NCBI GenBank assembly: GCA_951406725.2
Contig: OX597820.1
Span: forward strand, 74,338,001-74,402,000
DNA: 64,000 bases
DNA from: Octopus vulgaris
Lineage: Eukaryota
Direction of reading: 5' to 3'
The translations under genes were made by a program, and so were the position numbers. Every line of letters starts with the position of its first letter. The first letter of the stretch is position 1. Shown here piece after piece: positions 42,939 through 56,470 of the stretch. A model generated the notes under the pieces. It did not search any database, had not been told where the DNA came from, and was given only the letters and a program-made list of their open reading frames with translations.

Positions 42939-43269
42939 TGTATGTGGCAAGGAAGCAGTTATTCTGATCGTTATTTTATGTTTTGATGTTTCTGTCTCTC
43001 ACCATCACTTGACAACTGGTGCTGGTTTGCTTATGTTCCTCGTAACATTAATGATTCGGCAAAACATAAGAAATGAATGATTACCAGACTTAAAAGTAAA
43101 AAATAAATAAAAAATACACACACACACACAAAAGAAGAAATGTACCGAGCCAATTTCTTCAACTGAACACTTTAAAGCGATGACCCAGCATGGCCGCAGT
43201 CCAATGACTGAAGCAATTAAATGAACTATCAGTGCTAGATTAGAGCTATCCTCCCAACTGCAACACCAC

Positions 43270-43480
43270 GGTCACGACGACGACAAGGACGACGAGGACC
43301 ACCACCACCACCACCACCACCACCACCACCACCACCACCACCACCACCACCACCACCACCACCACCGCCACCACCACCACCACAACCTCCACCATCACCA
43401 GCACCACCAGCACCACCAGCACCACCACAACCACCAGCACCACCACAACCAACACCACCGCCGCCGCCGCCGCCGCCAGC
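43270..43480. repeat. (CAC)n/(GCC)n trinucleotide tract
   Basis: Directly visible. Confidence 0.95.
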
Positions 43481-44284
43481 TTCATCCTCGCTATCAGATT
43501 AAAATACATCGCCCTCTCACTTGCTCACAACTACGACATCAGCGTCGAAACATTTTAATTCTTTTGTTTATCTTCAATGATGGCTTTTATTGTTTTGTTG
43601 TCAGTTTTTGACTCAAAAATCGCAAGCGCCATCAGATGAAATACGAATCAGAACTGACTGCCTGCCTTTGCCACAAAATGCAATAAAACATAAATGAAAT
43701 ATAGATACTTGATTAAAAATATATAAAAGTGATATTTAAAAAAAAAAAAAACTGTCTATATATGTAAATAAACAAATATATGAAAATAAGTATATGTGTT
43801 GTTTATTTTAATATGTATATAGCCAGCATTTATCTTCGAGTGGCTTTTCGTCTTAACCGTCTTTCTATTTTTAATATATTAGATTCAATGGTGAAATAGA
43901 AGAGATTAATGTAGTTTGACAGGTAAGTTGAGAGGAGAACGACAGAGAGCAACAGAAGAGAAAAAGAAAGTGAGAGGGGGACAATGAAAAGAGAGAGCGA
44001 GACAGAGAGACAGAGAGACAGAGAGGGAGAGACAGAAGGACAGAAAATTTAGATGGAGGAGGAGGAGGAGGAGGAGGAGGGGAGGAGGAGAAACACATAA
44101 TATTAAGTGATGTCTGGTCTATTAACCACTCTAAGTCGTTGGGTGGGCGTTGATGAGCAACACATGGCGCTGTTGTCGTCGTTGTTATTTAACCCCAGGT
44201 CATTCCTGATTGAGCAGGCCTCTGATCAAAGGCAGCAAACTTCTCGTCTTATTGTATGTTTTATCGCTTATCTTTTTCGTTTTT

Positions 44285-44562
44285 TTTTCTCAGCCATTTG
44301 ACTTGCGGCCATGCAGTCCAATTCCACCTCAGTACTTATTTTGCTTTAAAGCTTGGTGCTTATTCTATCGTTAACTTTTGACGAAAGCAAGTTACGGGAT
44401 GTAAACAAACCAGCATAAACACAACCTACAGCTGTATACAGACACACATATACACTCGACGGACCTCCACACAGTTTCCGTCAGCCAAATCCTCACACAC
44501 ATCGAAGGTATTACGCAGTGGGATTAAACCCCAAAACAAACGGTTGCAAATCGTGCCTGCAT
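44285..44562 (-). mobile_element. SINE family B copy (diverged)
   Basis: cagccatttgacttgcggccatgc..cttattctatcg..cagtttccgtc..acgcagtgggat. Confidence 0.65.
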
Positions 44563-44819
44563 CCCATTCGGTTATTTCTACCTTGTGGAACGATAGGGTT
44601 CATATTCATATTAGTGATTTGAAGTAGGATATACACCCTGTAGTTTTTTTAATGTTGTTTTCTCCTACTCTATGGACTGCTTTCAAATAAGCACCGCAAA
44701 ATTAGCGCTACCAAAGGAGCCTCAACGAGGCTGCTCAAAATGTTAGAAGTAGTAGCTAGATTTTCCTCAAATCTTACCCCACGTTCTAAAACAAACACGT
44801 TGGATATTATACCCAAGGA

Positions 44820-45525
44820 TTGCAATGTGCCAAGAAAACGTGGGGGATTTCTTCAGCAGACTTATCACAAAAGATGAAACATGAGTCCATCACTATGATA
44901 TTGAGACTAAAGTCCAGTTGAAGCAATGGAAGCATGATAACTCGCCACTTCCAAAGAAGGGCTGTGTCCAACTCAGCAGGCAAGGGGATGCTTACAGTCT
45001 TTTGGCACCGGCAAGGAGTAGTGATGATAGATTTTCTGGCAAAGCGCACCACAATTAACGGGGCATAATATGCTTCTCTGCTGCAGAAATTGCAGGACGC
45101 CATCAAAGCAGACAAGCGTGGCAGGCTGACCGAAGGAGTCTGCCCCCATCCAAGACAACACCCCAATTCACAATACTGATGTTGTCCAGATAAAAGCACA
45201 CTCCTGTGGCTATGAATCCTTCCTCATTCCCCTTATTCTCCCAACCTCTCACCATCTGACTTCCACCTCTTTCCAACCGTGACGTCTTTTTTGAAAGGGC
45301 AGCTCTTTTCAGATGATGATGAACTTATTTCCGAGGTAAAGTTTTGGCTCCTGATGCAACTTACAAACTTCTACAGACGAGGTCTTCACAGCTGCATAAA
45401 GCGATGAGAGAAGTGTGTCACCATTGGTGGTAGCTATGTAGAGGAGGACTAATAATAATGCCAAGTTTCGTTTATCCCAGTCCTTGGAAAGTAGGTCAGG
45501 GGAAATCTTTAATAAACACTCCTCG
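44820..45525 (+). mobile_element. mariner (DD34D) transposon, 5'-truncated pseudogene with 3' TIR
   Basis: LITKDET*VHHYD, MLTVFW..GVVMIDFL, QDNTPIH, HSPYSPNLSPSDFHLF, R*EKCVTIGGSYVE*; ends aaacactcctcg-TA. Confidence 0.92.
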
Positions 45526-45566
45526 TATCATAATATAATAATTATAATTATTATCGTATTCTGTGA

Positions 45567-45800
45567 AGGCACGTGGCCAAGTGATTGAGGTGTTGGTACG
45601 CATGTTCGTTGTTTCGATTCCCGGACCGGTCGTTGTGTGGTGCTCTTGAGAAAAATCATTTCATTTTATGTTGCTGAAGCCCCGCTCATCTCTAAATGAA
45701 TTACCTTGCAACAAACAGCTCTGTTCAGAGGGATGTGTTGTTATCTCGGTTGGTGACATCCATGAGAATCGAAAAAAGCAGCCCTATGAGTCTTTGGACT
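45567..45800 (+). mobile_element. SINE family C copy (diverged)
   Basis: ggcacgtggccaagtgattgagg..gtttcgattcccggacc..tcttgag. Confidence 0.65.
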
Positions 45801-46777
45801 CGAGACAGTAATGTCCAAGTAACTTATTTTATTTATCTTATTCTTAATATCTATTAAAATGTTTCTCTAACCATTGCCTACGCATATTTTATTCTTGCTA
45901 GCAATTTCTAGTGAAGAGACATTCTTTTCTATTCATGCTTCAGATGATTTTAAAAATAAGTTGTATTTTCCTGTCACTTTTTGCAGTCGTAGCTCCACTA
46001 TTATTGTAAATGTATCTTTGAAAGTCAATAATGATAAATGTTTCTCTCTGCTTCTTCTTTCTTTCTTTATAACTCCGTGTGATCTTAAAGCCGTTTTTGT
46101 GTGCAACCTTAAGGTCAACTCTCATCCAGTAGGCATATATCCAAACGGACACCAGTAAACATCATGTTTTCTTTTCCGACGTAGTATGTTTAAAAATTAC
46201 ATATATAAAGAGTCTTGCCTTCTTTACGAAAGTATGGCATAATTTGAAAGTGATTTAGTAGCTATTTCTAGCATGTCAAGCAGCCAATTAGTAGCCTCTT
46301 ATTTTGTCTTGAAGAATTTTTATACGGTACAATAATGTTAACAGCAGCAGCAGCCAACTTGCTTATGTATGTGTATCTTCTCTCTCCATCGTTGAGACAC
46401 GTTAGCCTCAATACCACCACTCCAAAGAAAAAAAAAACAAATCAAAAGAAGAAACTAAAATGGTGGACAGCTTCTTCCTGCTTCCTGTTCATTCAGAATT
46501 TATTGCCACTTTCTTATTTATTTATGATTCTTTTTTCGTATGCAATTTACCGTGGGAGGATAGTGATAAAAGCTTTTAAAGTTTCACCTTTAAACCAGTA
46601 TCGTTAAGATATTTTTAAAGCTTTCTAGGTGAACAGCTCATGAAGTGATTTTGTCACAATTTCATGTCAACGAGCTTATGTTTCATTGGTTTCTATTCGC
46701 TTCTCTCAAGTTTTATTCTTTTTATTGGTATTCGGTTCTGGCAACAACTTCTACACCGTATTACCAAATCTATATCC

Positions 46778-46934
<157 letters not shown>

Positions 46935-46935
46935 G

Positions 46936-46996
<61 letters not shown>

Positions 46997-47318
46997 GGTG
47001 TATGTGTGTGGATATACACATACACACAAGCATACTGCTATATGTATGTATGTATTTATACATAAAAATCTTGCCTCCTTATCGCTAAAAATCTATGAAT
47101 CTATGTAAGCCATCCATTTCTTTCATCGTTTACTGGATTAATTTATCGAGTTTATCCTTTATGACTATCAGGCATTCTTCTAATCTTTCTGATATTGCTG
47201 GATAATACAATTTCTTGTGTGAAAGGGTTATTAAGGATTCGTGACAAGAATATTCTAACAATTTCAGATACACACTCGCACACACACACGCATACGCACA
47301 CGCACATGCACACGCACA

Positions 47319-47388
<70 letters not shown>

Positions 47389-47449
47389 TAAAATAGTTTA
47401 ATTCGGCATCATGTGACAAGTTCAAGAAACTTTAAGTAGCATGTGTTAA

Positions 47450-47487
<38 letters not shown>

Positions 47488-47505
47488 TAATAATAATAAT
47501 AATAA

Positions 47506-47540
<35 letters not shown>

Positions 47541-47638
47541 TAACAATAATAATATGTAACTCTTCCTAAACATGTTGAGAAGATTTCTTTTTTCGCTTGT
47601 CCACTCACCCATGTGTACATACATACATACACACACAT

Positions 47639-47675
<37 letters not shown>

Positions 47676-47687
47676 CATATATATATA

Positions 47688-50174
47688 GACATATCTTACA
47701 CTACATAGTTAATTGGTTCCAGGAGACAGGACTTAAGTCGAATTAACTTGTCTCTAGGCTAGGCCGAATTTACTTGTCTCTAGGCTAAACACGATAATAA
47801 CCATTCCCAGTTCTCTACTATATTTATGAATACATTTTCAATAATACGTGGTTAATAAAAACCTATTTTAAGCTTACAAACAAATAACTTTTATTGTTTA
47901 ATACAGTACAGTGAAAAAAGTAATCTAAATTTACGAATACTTTTTGGCGGTGTTTACCGTACATCGCGGATGCTTTATTTATGAATGCGGTTTGAAATAA
48001 GACATGGTAAAATAAAGCCATTTTTAAGCTTAAAAAACAAATTCAGTAATTATTATTATTTTTCAATAGTAAAAAAAAAAGCTAACTGATTTCAAATTTA
48101 CCAATACGTACATACAATTTGATGGTTTACATCGCGGATGTAGATGGCTGTGGATCGTCAACATCTACAGCTGACTTTGGCTGTTCTTGTTGTTCGATTC
48201 GCTAAAAAAAACCGGTTGAGAGTTCCTTGAATTGTCTTCTTCTTTTCCTCAAGGATTACTTTATAAGGAGCAAAAGCTTCGTGACAAGCCCTCATAATGC
48301 TGGAAAAGCGTTGAGCATTTGGATCCATATTCTCGAATATAGAAAATTCATTTTCGATGTATGCAAACGCTTGCTGCATTTTCTTTATTTTTGCTGCTGG
48401 TGAAGCTCTATCAAATCCTCGTTCGTCAGGGACTGCATGTCTTTTTCAAATAAATCTGTGAAATCCTCCTCCTCCAAATCTATTTCCAGTTCTTTGCTCG
48501 TAGTCACCAACGCTTTGTTGATGGTAACATTATCAAACCCCTTAAAATCATTCACGAAATGCGGACAAAGCTTCTTCCAAACACTACTCATATCAGTGCT
48601 CTGTACATCATTCCCTGCCGCTGCTATGTTCTGTACAGCCATACAGATATCGTATGTCTTTAAAAAATCACGAATTGTGATGGCCTCATCAAGATCAGTT
48701 GCAGCTATTGCTTTACCGCACCGTACGCTCCATATAGTTACGCTTGACGGTAGCAATTATTCCCTGATTCATTGGCTGCAGAAGAGACGTGGTGTTCGGA
48801 GGGCGGGAGTATACGACGGTAACGATGGGGTCAATATCTACGATGTTTCGGTTGCCAGGAGCATTATGTAAGATAGGTAAAACCTTAAAAGTAATTCCCT
48901 TCTCTTTACAGTACTTCTCTGCTGCTGGGATAAAATGATTGAAGAACCAATCTTCAAAAACAACAACAGTAACCCATGCTTTTGAATTAGCCATCCATAT
49001 AACAGGGAGAGATGCCTTGGGTCTGTTCTTCAGGGCACGGGGGTTATGTGCATGATACATAAGCAATGGCGTTAACTTAAAATCTCCTGCACAATTACCT
49101 CCCAGCATAATGGTCACACGTAGCTTTCTCCTCCTTGGAAATGAATGAACGGTCTTGCAATTTTTTCCAATACAATCCAGTTTTGTTTACGTTAAAAATC
49201 TGTTCGGGAAGAAACCTGTTTTTTTTTTTCGATGATTTTCTTTAATGCATTAGGAAATTCCGCTGCTGCTTGTTCATCAGCTGAGGCACTTTCACCTTGG
49301 TTCTTAATGGAGTGATAACTTCTTCGCTCCTTAAGTCTCATAAACCATCTTTGACTTGCCTTGAACTCTACATCTTTCTCATCTGGATTTTTTTTCAGGT
49401 CCTTAAAGACAACGCTTTCTCTTGAATGATTTCTTGGCTAATAGTAGCACGATGACGATTCAACCTAACAAGCCAAAGAAAAAGAAGACTTTGCATCTTT
49501 TCTTATTCATCCCTGGGGCTTCATATTTGGTATTTGCTAAAATCTTGACCTTATCATGTACAATCGTCGGTACAGTTGTCCGATGAATCCCAAAAGATCG
49601 TGCAGTTCCTACCACTTTTTCACCTTTTTGATGGCGTTTTATCATAGCCAGTTTATTTTCCAGTGTTATAACATGATGCTTAGCACTTTCACTATGAATT
49701 TTCTTAGGAGCCCTGGGGGCAAAAAATAAAGTCACAAATGAATGAGAATGAGAAAGTAGCAGATAAACAGACGTAAACAAATCTGAATACAAAACAGTTG
49801 CGGGAATCACGAGGATCAACGACGCCTAACGGTAGATATTGGAACTAAAATGCAATATCAGCTCAAAAAGACCGATAAATAAGACAAACACAGCTGATGT
49901 CCTGATTTCGTTCACTAAACTACACCACTTTATGGTGTGCATCTTAACATTTACTGTACGTATTTTAATATGATTTTATATGCTTTTATTCCTATTTATT
50001 GGACAGTAACATGATTTTATGTGCTTTTAACGGTTTTCTAGTGATTTTACGATTCCAATATTTTTGGCGGACAGATGTAAAGTCGAGTAAAATGACTTAA
50101 CTTGATTTTTATTTTCCCACATATTATTTTTGGAAACAGACGTATAAAGGAAAACGATTTAAGTCGATGTATTC

Positions 50175-50177
<3 letters not shown>
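47688..50177 (-). mobile_element. Tigger/pogo DNA transposon, near full length, inactivated
   Basis: Fragmented ORFs: psq-type HTH (ITLENKLAMIK..FGIHRTTV), FKASQRWF, IFNVNKTGLYWK, DDE region (GGNCAGDFKL, NSKAWVT, HNAPG, PPNTTSLLQPMNQGII). 5' TIR caggaatacatcgactta next to TA; the left boundary is approximate. Confidence 0.9.
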
Positions 50178-50267
<90 letters not shown>

Positions 50268-50407
50268 TGTATGTATGTATGTATGTATGTATGTATGTAT
50301 GTATGTATGTATGTATGTGTATCTGTGTGTGTGTTTATATTCAGTTATAATAAAAAGGATTTTACATTCATCTGATGGGCTACTCCATGTTATTGTAGAG
50401 CACACAT

Positions 50408-50533
50408 TTATTTTCTTTGGACAAAAATATTATTGACAGTAACTTCGAATTTCCGACTAGTTCACCCATAGCCAATGGATCAACTAACTGAAATTTCGAA
50501 ATCACTGTCAATAATATTCTTGTTAAAGAATAA
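50408..50533. repeat. ~125-nt imperfect hairpin
   Basis: aatattattgacagt mirrors actgtcaataatatt; ttcgaatttc mirrors gaaatttcgaa; inner ccat/atgg. Confidence 0.85.
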
Positions 50534-50594
50534 TTATATTATGCGTATGTGTGTGTGTGCGCACGAGCGGAGCGTGCTTGTTTGTGTGTGTGTT

Positions 50595-50632
<38 letters not shown>

Positions 50633-51216
50633 AACTCTGAATCTTTGAACTTTCTTGCGCTTGTATTTTTATAATCATACTTTTATAAATATTTATGTTG
50701 CAAGGCTAATTGATTAGAAACCATTTCATATAATTTATATGGATTATCTTGTGGCATCGAGTTCTTACACTAACTAAAATAATATTATAAAACCTCAATA
50801 GTATTCTCCTTCAATTGGTTTCCCCTATTAGTCTGATTTGTATTTGTCGGACCTGGCAAATCTGAGAATGTAAATTGCCAAAAGTGCGGGCCCTAAAGAT
50901 CAGAGTGGTTGTTCCAGCACATCTCTGTTGCCATCCTCCGAATCATCGTGACATTTCCCAAAATTCAGATGGTTTTTAGTCCACTATATCCACTCACTTT
51001 TTCTCAACTACAATTTTATCTTTATACTCTCCGACGCCGTCTGCCGTTCATCAACACATCATACACTTCCTGAAAAAAATGTAGACAAAAACAGTCAAAT
51101 TTAACCCGATCATCCTGTATGTATGTATGTATGTATGTATGTATGTATGTATGTATGTATGTATGTATGTATTGAAATGGGCTCCGACATTTTCCCTCTA
51201 ACATTCATCCTACCAT

Positions 51217-51549
51217 TCATGTCTTCATGAAAAGACCTAGGAACTTTTCAGGACACCCAAGTTTCAGGAGGACTTTCCACAATGCTTTTCTATTGACGGT
51301 ATCAAAGGCTTTTGACAGATCGACAAAAACCTGATACAAATCCAGACCCTGTTCCACACACTTCTCCTGAAGCTGTCTAGCTGAAAAGATCATATCAGCA
51401 GTGCCACGTTCCACACGAAAGCCAGATTGACTTTCTGGAAGAACACAATCTGCAACGTATTTCAGCAGACGATCCAGAAGTACCCTGCATAAAACCTTTC
51501 CTACGACAGACAGCAATGATACTCCCCTATAATTACCACAATCATATCG
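51217..51549 (-). mobile_element. RTE-clade LINE RT fragment (inverted 5' segment)
   Basis: NYRGVSLLSVVGKV, LPESQSGFR, DMIFSARQLQEKC, FVDLSKAFDTVNR, GCPEKF. Confidence 0.93.
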
Positions 51550-52385
51550 ACACCACCTTAAACAACTGGAACGTTTCCATCAGATGTATCTCAGACGGAT
51601 CTATGGCATTAAGTGGAAGGACCGCATCAGTGATCTTGAAATATTGGAAGGCTCTCGGTGTGAAAGTATAGAAGCTCTTGTGCTAAAGCAAAGGCTCAGA
51701 TGGCGTGGTCATCTGGTTAGGATGAAGGATTCAAGGATGCCAAAACATATCTTTTATAGAGAGTTAGCTAAAGGAGAACGACCTCCACATAAACCAAAAA
51801 AGAGGTATAAGGACTTGCTGAAGGTTTCCTTAAGAGATGCTTGCATCTCTCCTGACACATTGGAAGGCATAGCTATTGATCGTAGCAGGTGGAGAAGGAT
51901 TGTGCTCGAGGTGACAGCCACTTTTGAGAAATCTCGAGTTGCTCATGAGAAAGTAAGGAGGGATATCAGGAAAGGCATGGCTGTTACACTTCCAGATGGG
52001 AAGGGTCTTCCTATGATGCTGACATGCAGTGTCTGTGCAAGACCCTGCCTCAGTAAAGCTGGACTCAAGAGTCATCTTTGTAGTCATAAAGCGAGACAGA
52101 TGAGTGACAACCTGGCCACTGGTAGTGGTGTAACACACCATACTAATCATATATATCGGGTATGTGGAAGAGAGTGTAATTCGGCAGGAGGACTTAAACG
52201 ACATGCAAAGGTACATGAAGCCAAGTTACTTCTGCAGCCGGCTATTACCGGTAAAGGTTTTAGTTGCCTGTACATGATATTGTAGATCTTTAGCTGGGCT
52301 AAAAAGTCACATTCGATCACAGCACCAGTAACAGTTAAGTTCGTGCAATGGCCATACTCGATAACGAGGGGGCATCCATCGTGTA
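51550..52385 (+). mobile_element. RTE-clade LINE 3' segment with two C2H2-type zinc fingers
   Basis: HLKQLERFHQMYLRRI, RLRWRGHLVRM..SRMPK, CSVCARPCLSKAGLKSH, VCGRECNSAGGLKRH. Confidence 0.9.
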
Positions 52386-52669
52386 TGTATGTAAGTAAAC
52401 GTATCTCAGTCAAGTACCAGATTATCTTCGCAATTTCGGCTGATTATACTTGAGATTGCTCCAATCTGGCCAGTCCCAAGGAGAAACTAGGCTAAGAGCA
52501 TTAGATTCCTTTCAAGAAAGCAGCGAATGTATACAAAAACAAGGACGAAAAAAAAACGGACAATGTTACACAAATACAGTAATAACAGGACATAACAACA
52601 GGTGTCTTTAGACTAAGGACGAATTAAATTAAGCTGGCGTTTATGGAAATGAAGCCTAGCACAAATCTA

Positions 52670-52832
52670 TACGACGATTTTCTTTCAGTTTCCTTTACCA
52701 AATCTACTACAAAGGTCTTGCTTGACACAGGGCTGTTGCAGGAGATACTATCCGAAGGTGGCACGCAATGACACTTTGGGGCTGAACCCGAAAGTATGCG
52801 GTTGGGAAGCAAACATCTTATCAGACAGCAGT
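52670..52832 (-). mobile_element. SINE family B 5' fragment
   Basis: ctttcagtttcc..accaaatc..ctgaacccgaa..gcggttgggaagcaa. Confidence 0.7.
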
Positions 52833-53948
52833 TATGTTAATGCCTAGGAAACATGACAAAAATGAATAAATATATTTTTAAAAATGATAAAAAGAAAGGA
52901 AATCACGGTAACAACATGTATGAAACTCCGGAAGTTTTGAATACTGACATCCGACTAAATATTTATTTATCCCTTTCACAGCGAATTGGCTGAAAGAGTT
53001 GAATCCCACGCCATTTTTTATTATCTTCATTCTGAGCTCAAATTCCATACAGATCGAATTTGCCACTCGATAAAGAAAGAGAACCTCTAATATCATCGAT
53101 ACAATTTGTCTATAACACTTCTCCTATTAGAAAATTTGGCCTTTTGCCTAATCAAAAGAAAACATTATATCTTTCATGTCAGGTCCATTTCAAAATGATT
53201 TACTCTTCTGGAACGTTTCTATAACAAAAATATTTAAAAATAACAACAATATTGATACAAATAATTAATCAACACATTTCTCAGTTCCGCGTTTCCTTTA
53301 CACTCAGCAACACCAAAGTTTGAAGAAGAGGAAACAATAATAAGCACTTCTACTCGTTTTAATGCGAAGCTGTCAATGTTTCTGAAGCCTATGAAAATTC
53401 GATACTTTTATTGAGTTGCAAACAGAGTAAGCAAAGAAATCTACGTTACACTGATCAAATGACGTGTTGCCTGCCATACGAATATTTTGCAAGCATTTTT
53501 ATTGCCATTTTCATATACTACATCTTTCTCTCTCTTTTTCTTTCTTTAAATCTTTGCTCTCTCTCTCTCTCTCTCTCTCTCTTGCTCTTTTTCTCTCTCA
53601 TTCTTGCTCTCTCCTAGTGTATATATGGGTTAACAACGCATGTATGTATGCTTATTGTGGGTTAATAAAGCATGTATGTATATACATATATATACATAGA
53701 TATACATGCATATACATACATATACAAACATACTAATGTATGCGTGTGTGTGTGAGTGTGTGTGTTTGTGTGTGCAAGTATGTATGAAATAGTTAAATAG
53801 ATAAGCAGATAGATAGATTGATAGATAGATAGATAAATAGATAGATAGATAGACAGATAGATAGATAATAGATAGATAGATACACGGATGGATAAATGGA
53901 TGAATAGAAAGCTATGTCTTTCGGTGTGGCGTTTCATTTATATCTTCA

Positions 53949-54326
53949 CTAGCAGTATCGCCCGGCGTTGCTCAGGTTTGTAAGGGAAATAACTATAAAG
54001 CATTTTTAGAGAGTTATAGCCAATAAATAGCAAAAAAATGGAAAAAAAATGATGGTAAATTTTTTTTTGAGAGTTAAAAAAGGTGGAGTTGCGTCCCCTA
54101 GACGGTCTGTGGTTTGGGTTTCTGATTCTCGACCCCATGTCGAATTTATCGATTTTTTTCAGAACTGGGGGAACTTTTCAAAATTTTCGCTGCGTTAGTT
54201 TTGAATTATGACATTGGGCTATGCGTGTGTCAAGTTTCATCAGAATCGGTTGAAAGCCGTGGTCAGGGTGAGGGTACAACCTGACAGACACACACACAGA
54301 CAAACTGCCGTTTATATAGAGAGAGA
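53949..54326 (-). mobile_element. Non-autonomous Helitron, copy 1
   Basis: Minus strand begins TC, ends CTAG, subterminal GC-rich hairpin (cctgagcaacgccgggc), inserted between A and T. Confidence 0.85.
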
Positions 54327-54519
54327 TTTCATTAAAAACTATCCATTTTTTTGAAAGTTATGAACAAACAAATGCTGACTCGCCCGAATTTTCCGAAATT
54401 CCTCTTCCCATTGATGGAAAATTTTTTTACAACAAATTCCGATTATATTCAGATATTTTTTTACAACAAATTCCGATTATATTCAGATTTTACATCATCT
54501 GACACGAATTTATAGAAAA

Positions 54520-54904
54520 CTAGCAGTATCGCCCGGTGTTGCTCAGGTTTGTAAGGGAAATAACTATAAAGCATTTTTAGAGAGTTATAGCCAAAAAATA
54601 GCAAAAAAATGGGAAAAAAATGATGGTAAATTTTTTTTGAGAGTTAAAAAAGGTGGAGTTGCGTCCCCTAGACGGTCTGTGGTTTGGGTTTCTGATTCTC
54701 GACCCCATGTCGAATTTATCGATTTTTTTCAGAACTGGGGGAACTTTTCAAAATTTTCGCTGCGTTAGTTTTGAATTATGACATTGGGCTATGCGTGTGT
54801 CAAATTTCATCAGAATCGGTTGAAAGCCGTGGTCAGGGTGAGGGTACGAGAAAACAGACACACAGAAACACGCACAGACAAACTGCCGTTTATATAGAGA
54901 GAGA
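54520..54904 (-). mobile_element. Non-autonomous Helitron, copy 2 (near identical to copy 1)
   Basis: Same termini and A|T target. Confidence 0.85.
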
Positions 54905-55065
54905 TTTAGAGAAATGAACGATGAAAAAATCAAATTATCGTGGGGGACTAGTTTACATAGAGGTCATAAATGTACAAAGAGGACAAACATACATACATAC
55001 ATACATACATACATACATACATACATACATACATACATACATACATACATACAAACATACATACA

Positions 55066-55099
<34 letters not shown>

Positions 55100-55395
55100 G
55101 TTCTTTATATACATATATTTGCTTTTGCAAATCTATAATCTAATGGAAGGTTGCGCTGAGGACAGGAATGAGTTATTTATAATTCTAACCCAGAAACGCG
55201 TCCGTAACTGACCGAAGACTTTGTTTTCATTATTTTTCTTTCTTTTTACATATGTGAGTTACATGTATATGTTATATGTGGAGTTATATTTGTAGAAAAT
55301 AGAAATAAGCGGTTTTTGACTGCTTTTTCTAAATTTTCGGTATGTGGCTAAGCAACATGTTGCTTACCCTATTTATATATATATATATATATATA

Positions 55396-55994
55396 TGTCC
55401 TGCCCGCTTACGTTCATGGTGTGCTAAATTTTTTCTTGAGAACAACCTTTAGTGGCTAGCGTAAAGGAGTTCACTTTTAGTGAATTCCCTCTCATATATG
55501 TATTAATAATATTTACTGAATCTCAGTTTTTTATGCGCTAAACCATTGGTGTTAAACTGTTATTATTAAATTAATATACAATTTTTCACCCTCATTTCGA
55601 TTTTAATTCTTAATTAATATTGTTCTCAAACCGGCGTTAACTACTGCAGTGAATTGTTTATGCGGTATTTATTTCCGGAAATTTGGCGCGCTGGACGAGG
55701 GCATTTGAATATAACTATGAATGTAATTGGCCGTACTGCTCGCATTTTTGGCCGCGTGTTAATATATGGCGTACAGTTCGACAAATTATATTCTTGATAG
55801 ACTCTACTGACGATCTACGAATTAATTGTGTAAGTAAAATTGCATGATTTATTAACAGTGAAACAATTGTATGGGGTTAATCTATATTTTTGTTATTCTT
55901 CATTTGTCCTGCCCGCTTACGTTCATGGTGTGCTAATTTTTTTCTTGAGAACAACTTTTAGTGGCTAGCGTAAAGGAGTTCACTTTTAGTGGAT

Positions 55995-56004
<10 letters not shown>
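55396..56004 (+). mobile_element. Hammerhead-containing non-coding element with ~100-bp terminal direct repeats (1.2 copies of a 509-bp unit) between (TA)n tracts
   Basis: tgtcctgcccgcttacgttcatggtgtgct...ggagttcacttttagtg(a/g)attc at 55396 and 55905. Confidence 0.85.
55800..55878 (+). ncRNA. Type I hammerhead ribozyme
   Basis: GACTCTA-CTGACGA-tct...agt-GAAA-CAATTG-TA-TGGGGTT; 7-bp stem I with G-U pairs, palindromic stem III ACAATTGT, GUA site; stem II weak. Confidence 0.75.
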
Positions 56005-56025
<21 letters not shown>

Positions 56026-56279
56026 ATATATATGTTAACATAATATGTCTAAAAGTTGAACCATTTATTGATCCCCTCCATTTTCTTATTGCTATATATA
56101 TATACATACGTGTGCGTGGACATGTGTGTGTGTGTGTACAAACATATACATATATGAATGATAGTACAACATGAGAAACTGTAAACTTGGATTCCAAGGA
56201 AAATGAATTAAAAAGGTTTGCTATGCCTTCAGCAGGATTTGAAGACAAAACTGTTCCTCGTTTATTCAAATATGTGTAC

Positions 56280-56470
56280 ATTTGGGGGGAGGGAGATAGT
56301 CGATTACATTGGCACCAGTGTGTAACTGGTACTTATTTAATCGGACCCGAAAGGATGAAAGGCAAAGTCGACCTCGGTGGAATTTGAACTCAGAACATAG
56401 CGACGGGCGAAATACCGCTAAGCATTTCGTCCAGCGTGCTCACGATTCTGCCAGCTCACTGCCTTATCCG
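56280..56470 (-). mobile_element. SINE family A copy
   Basis: cccgaaaggatgaaaggcaaagtcgacctcggtggaatttgaactcagaac. Confidence 0.85.
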
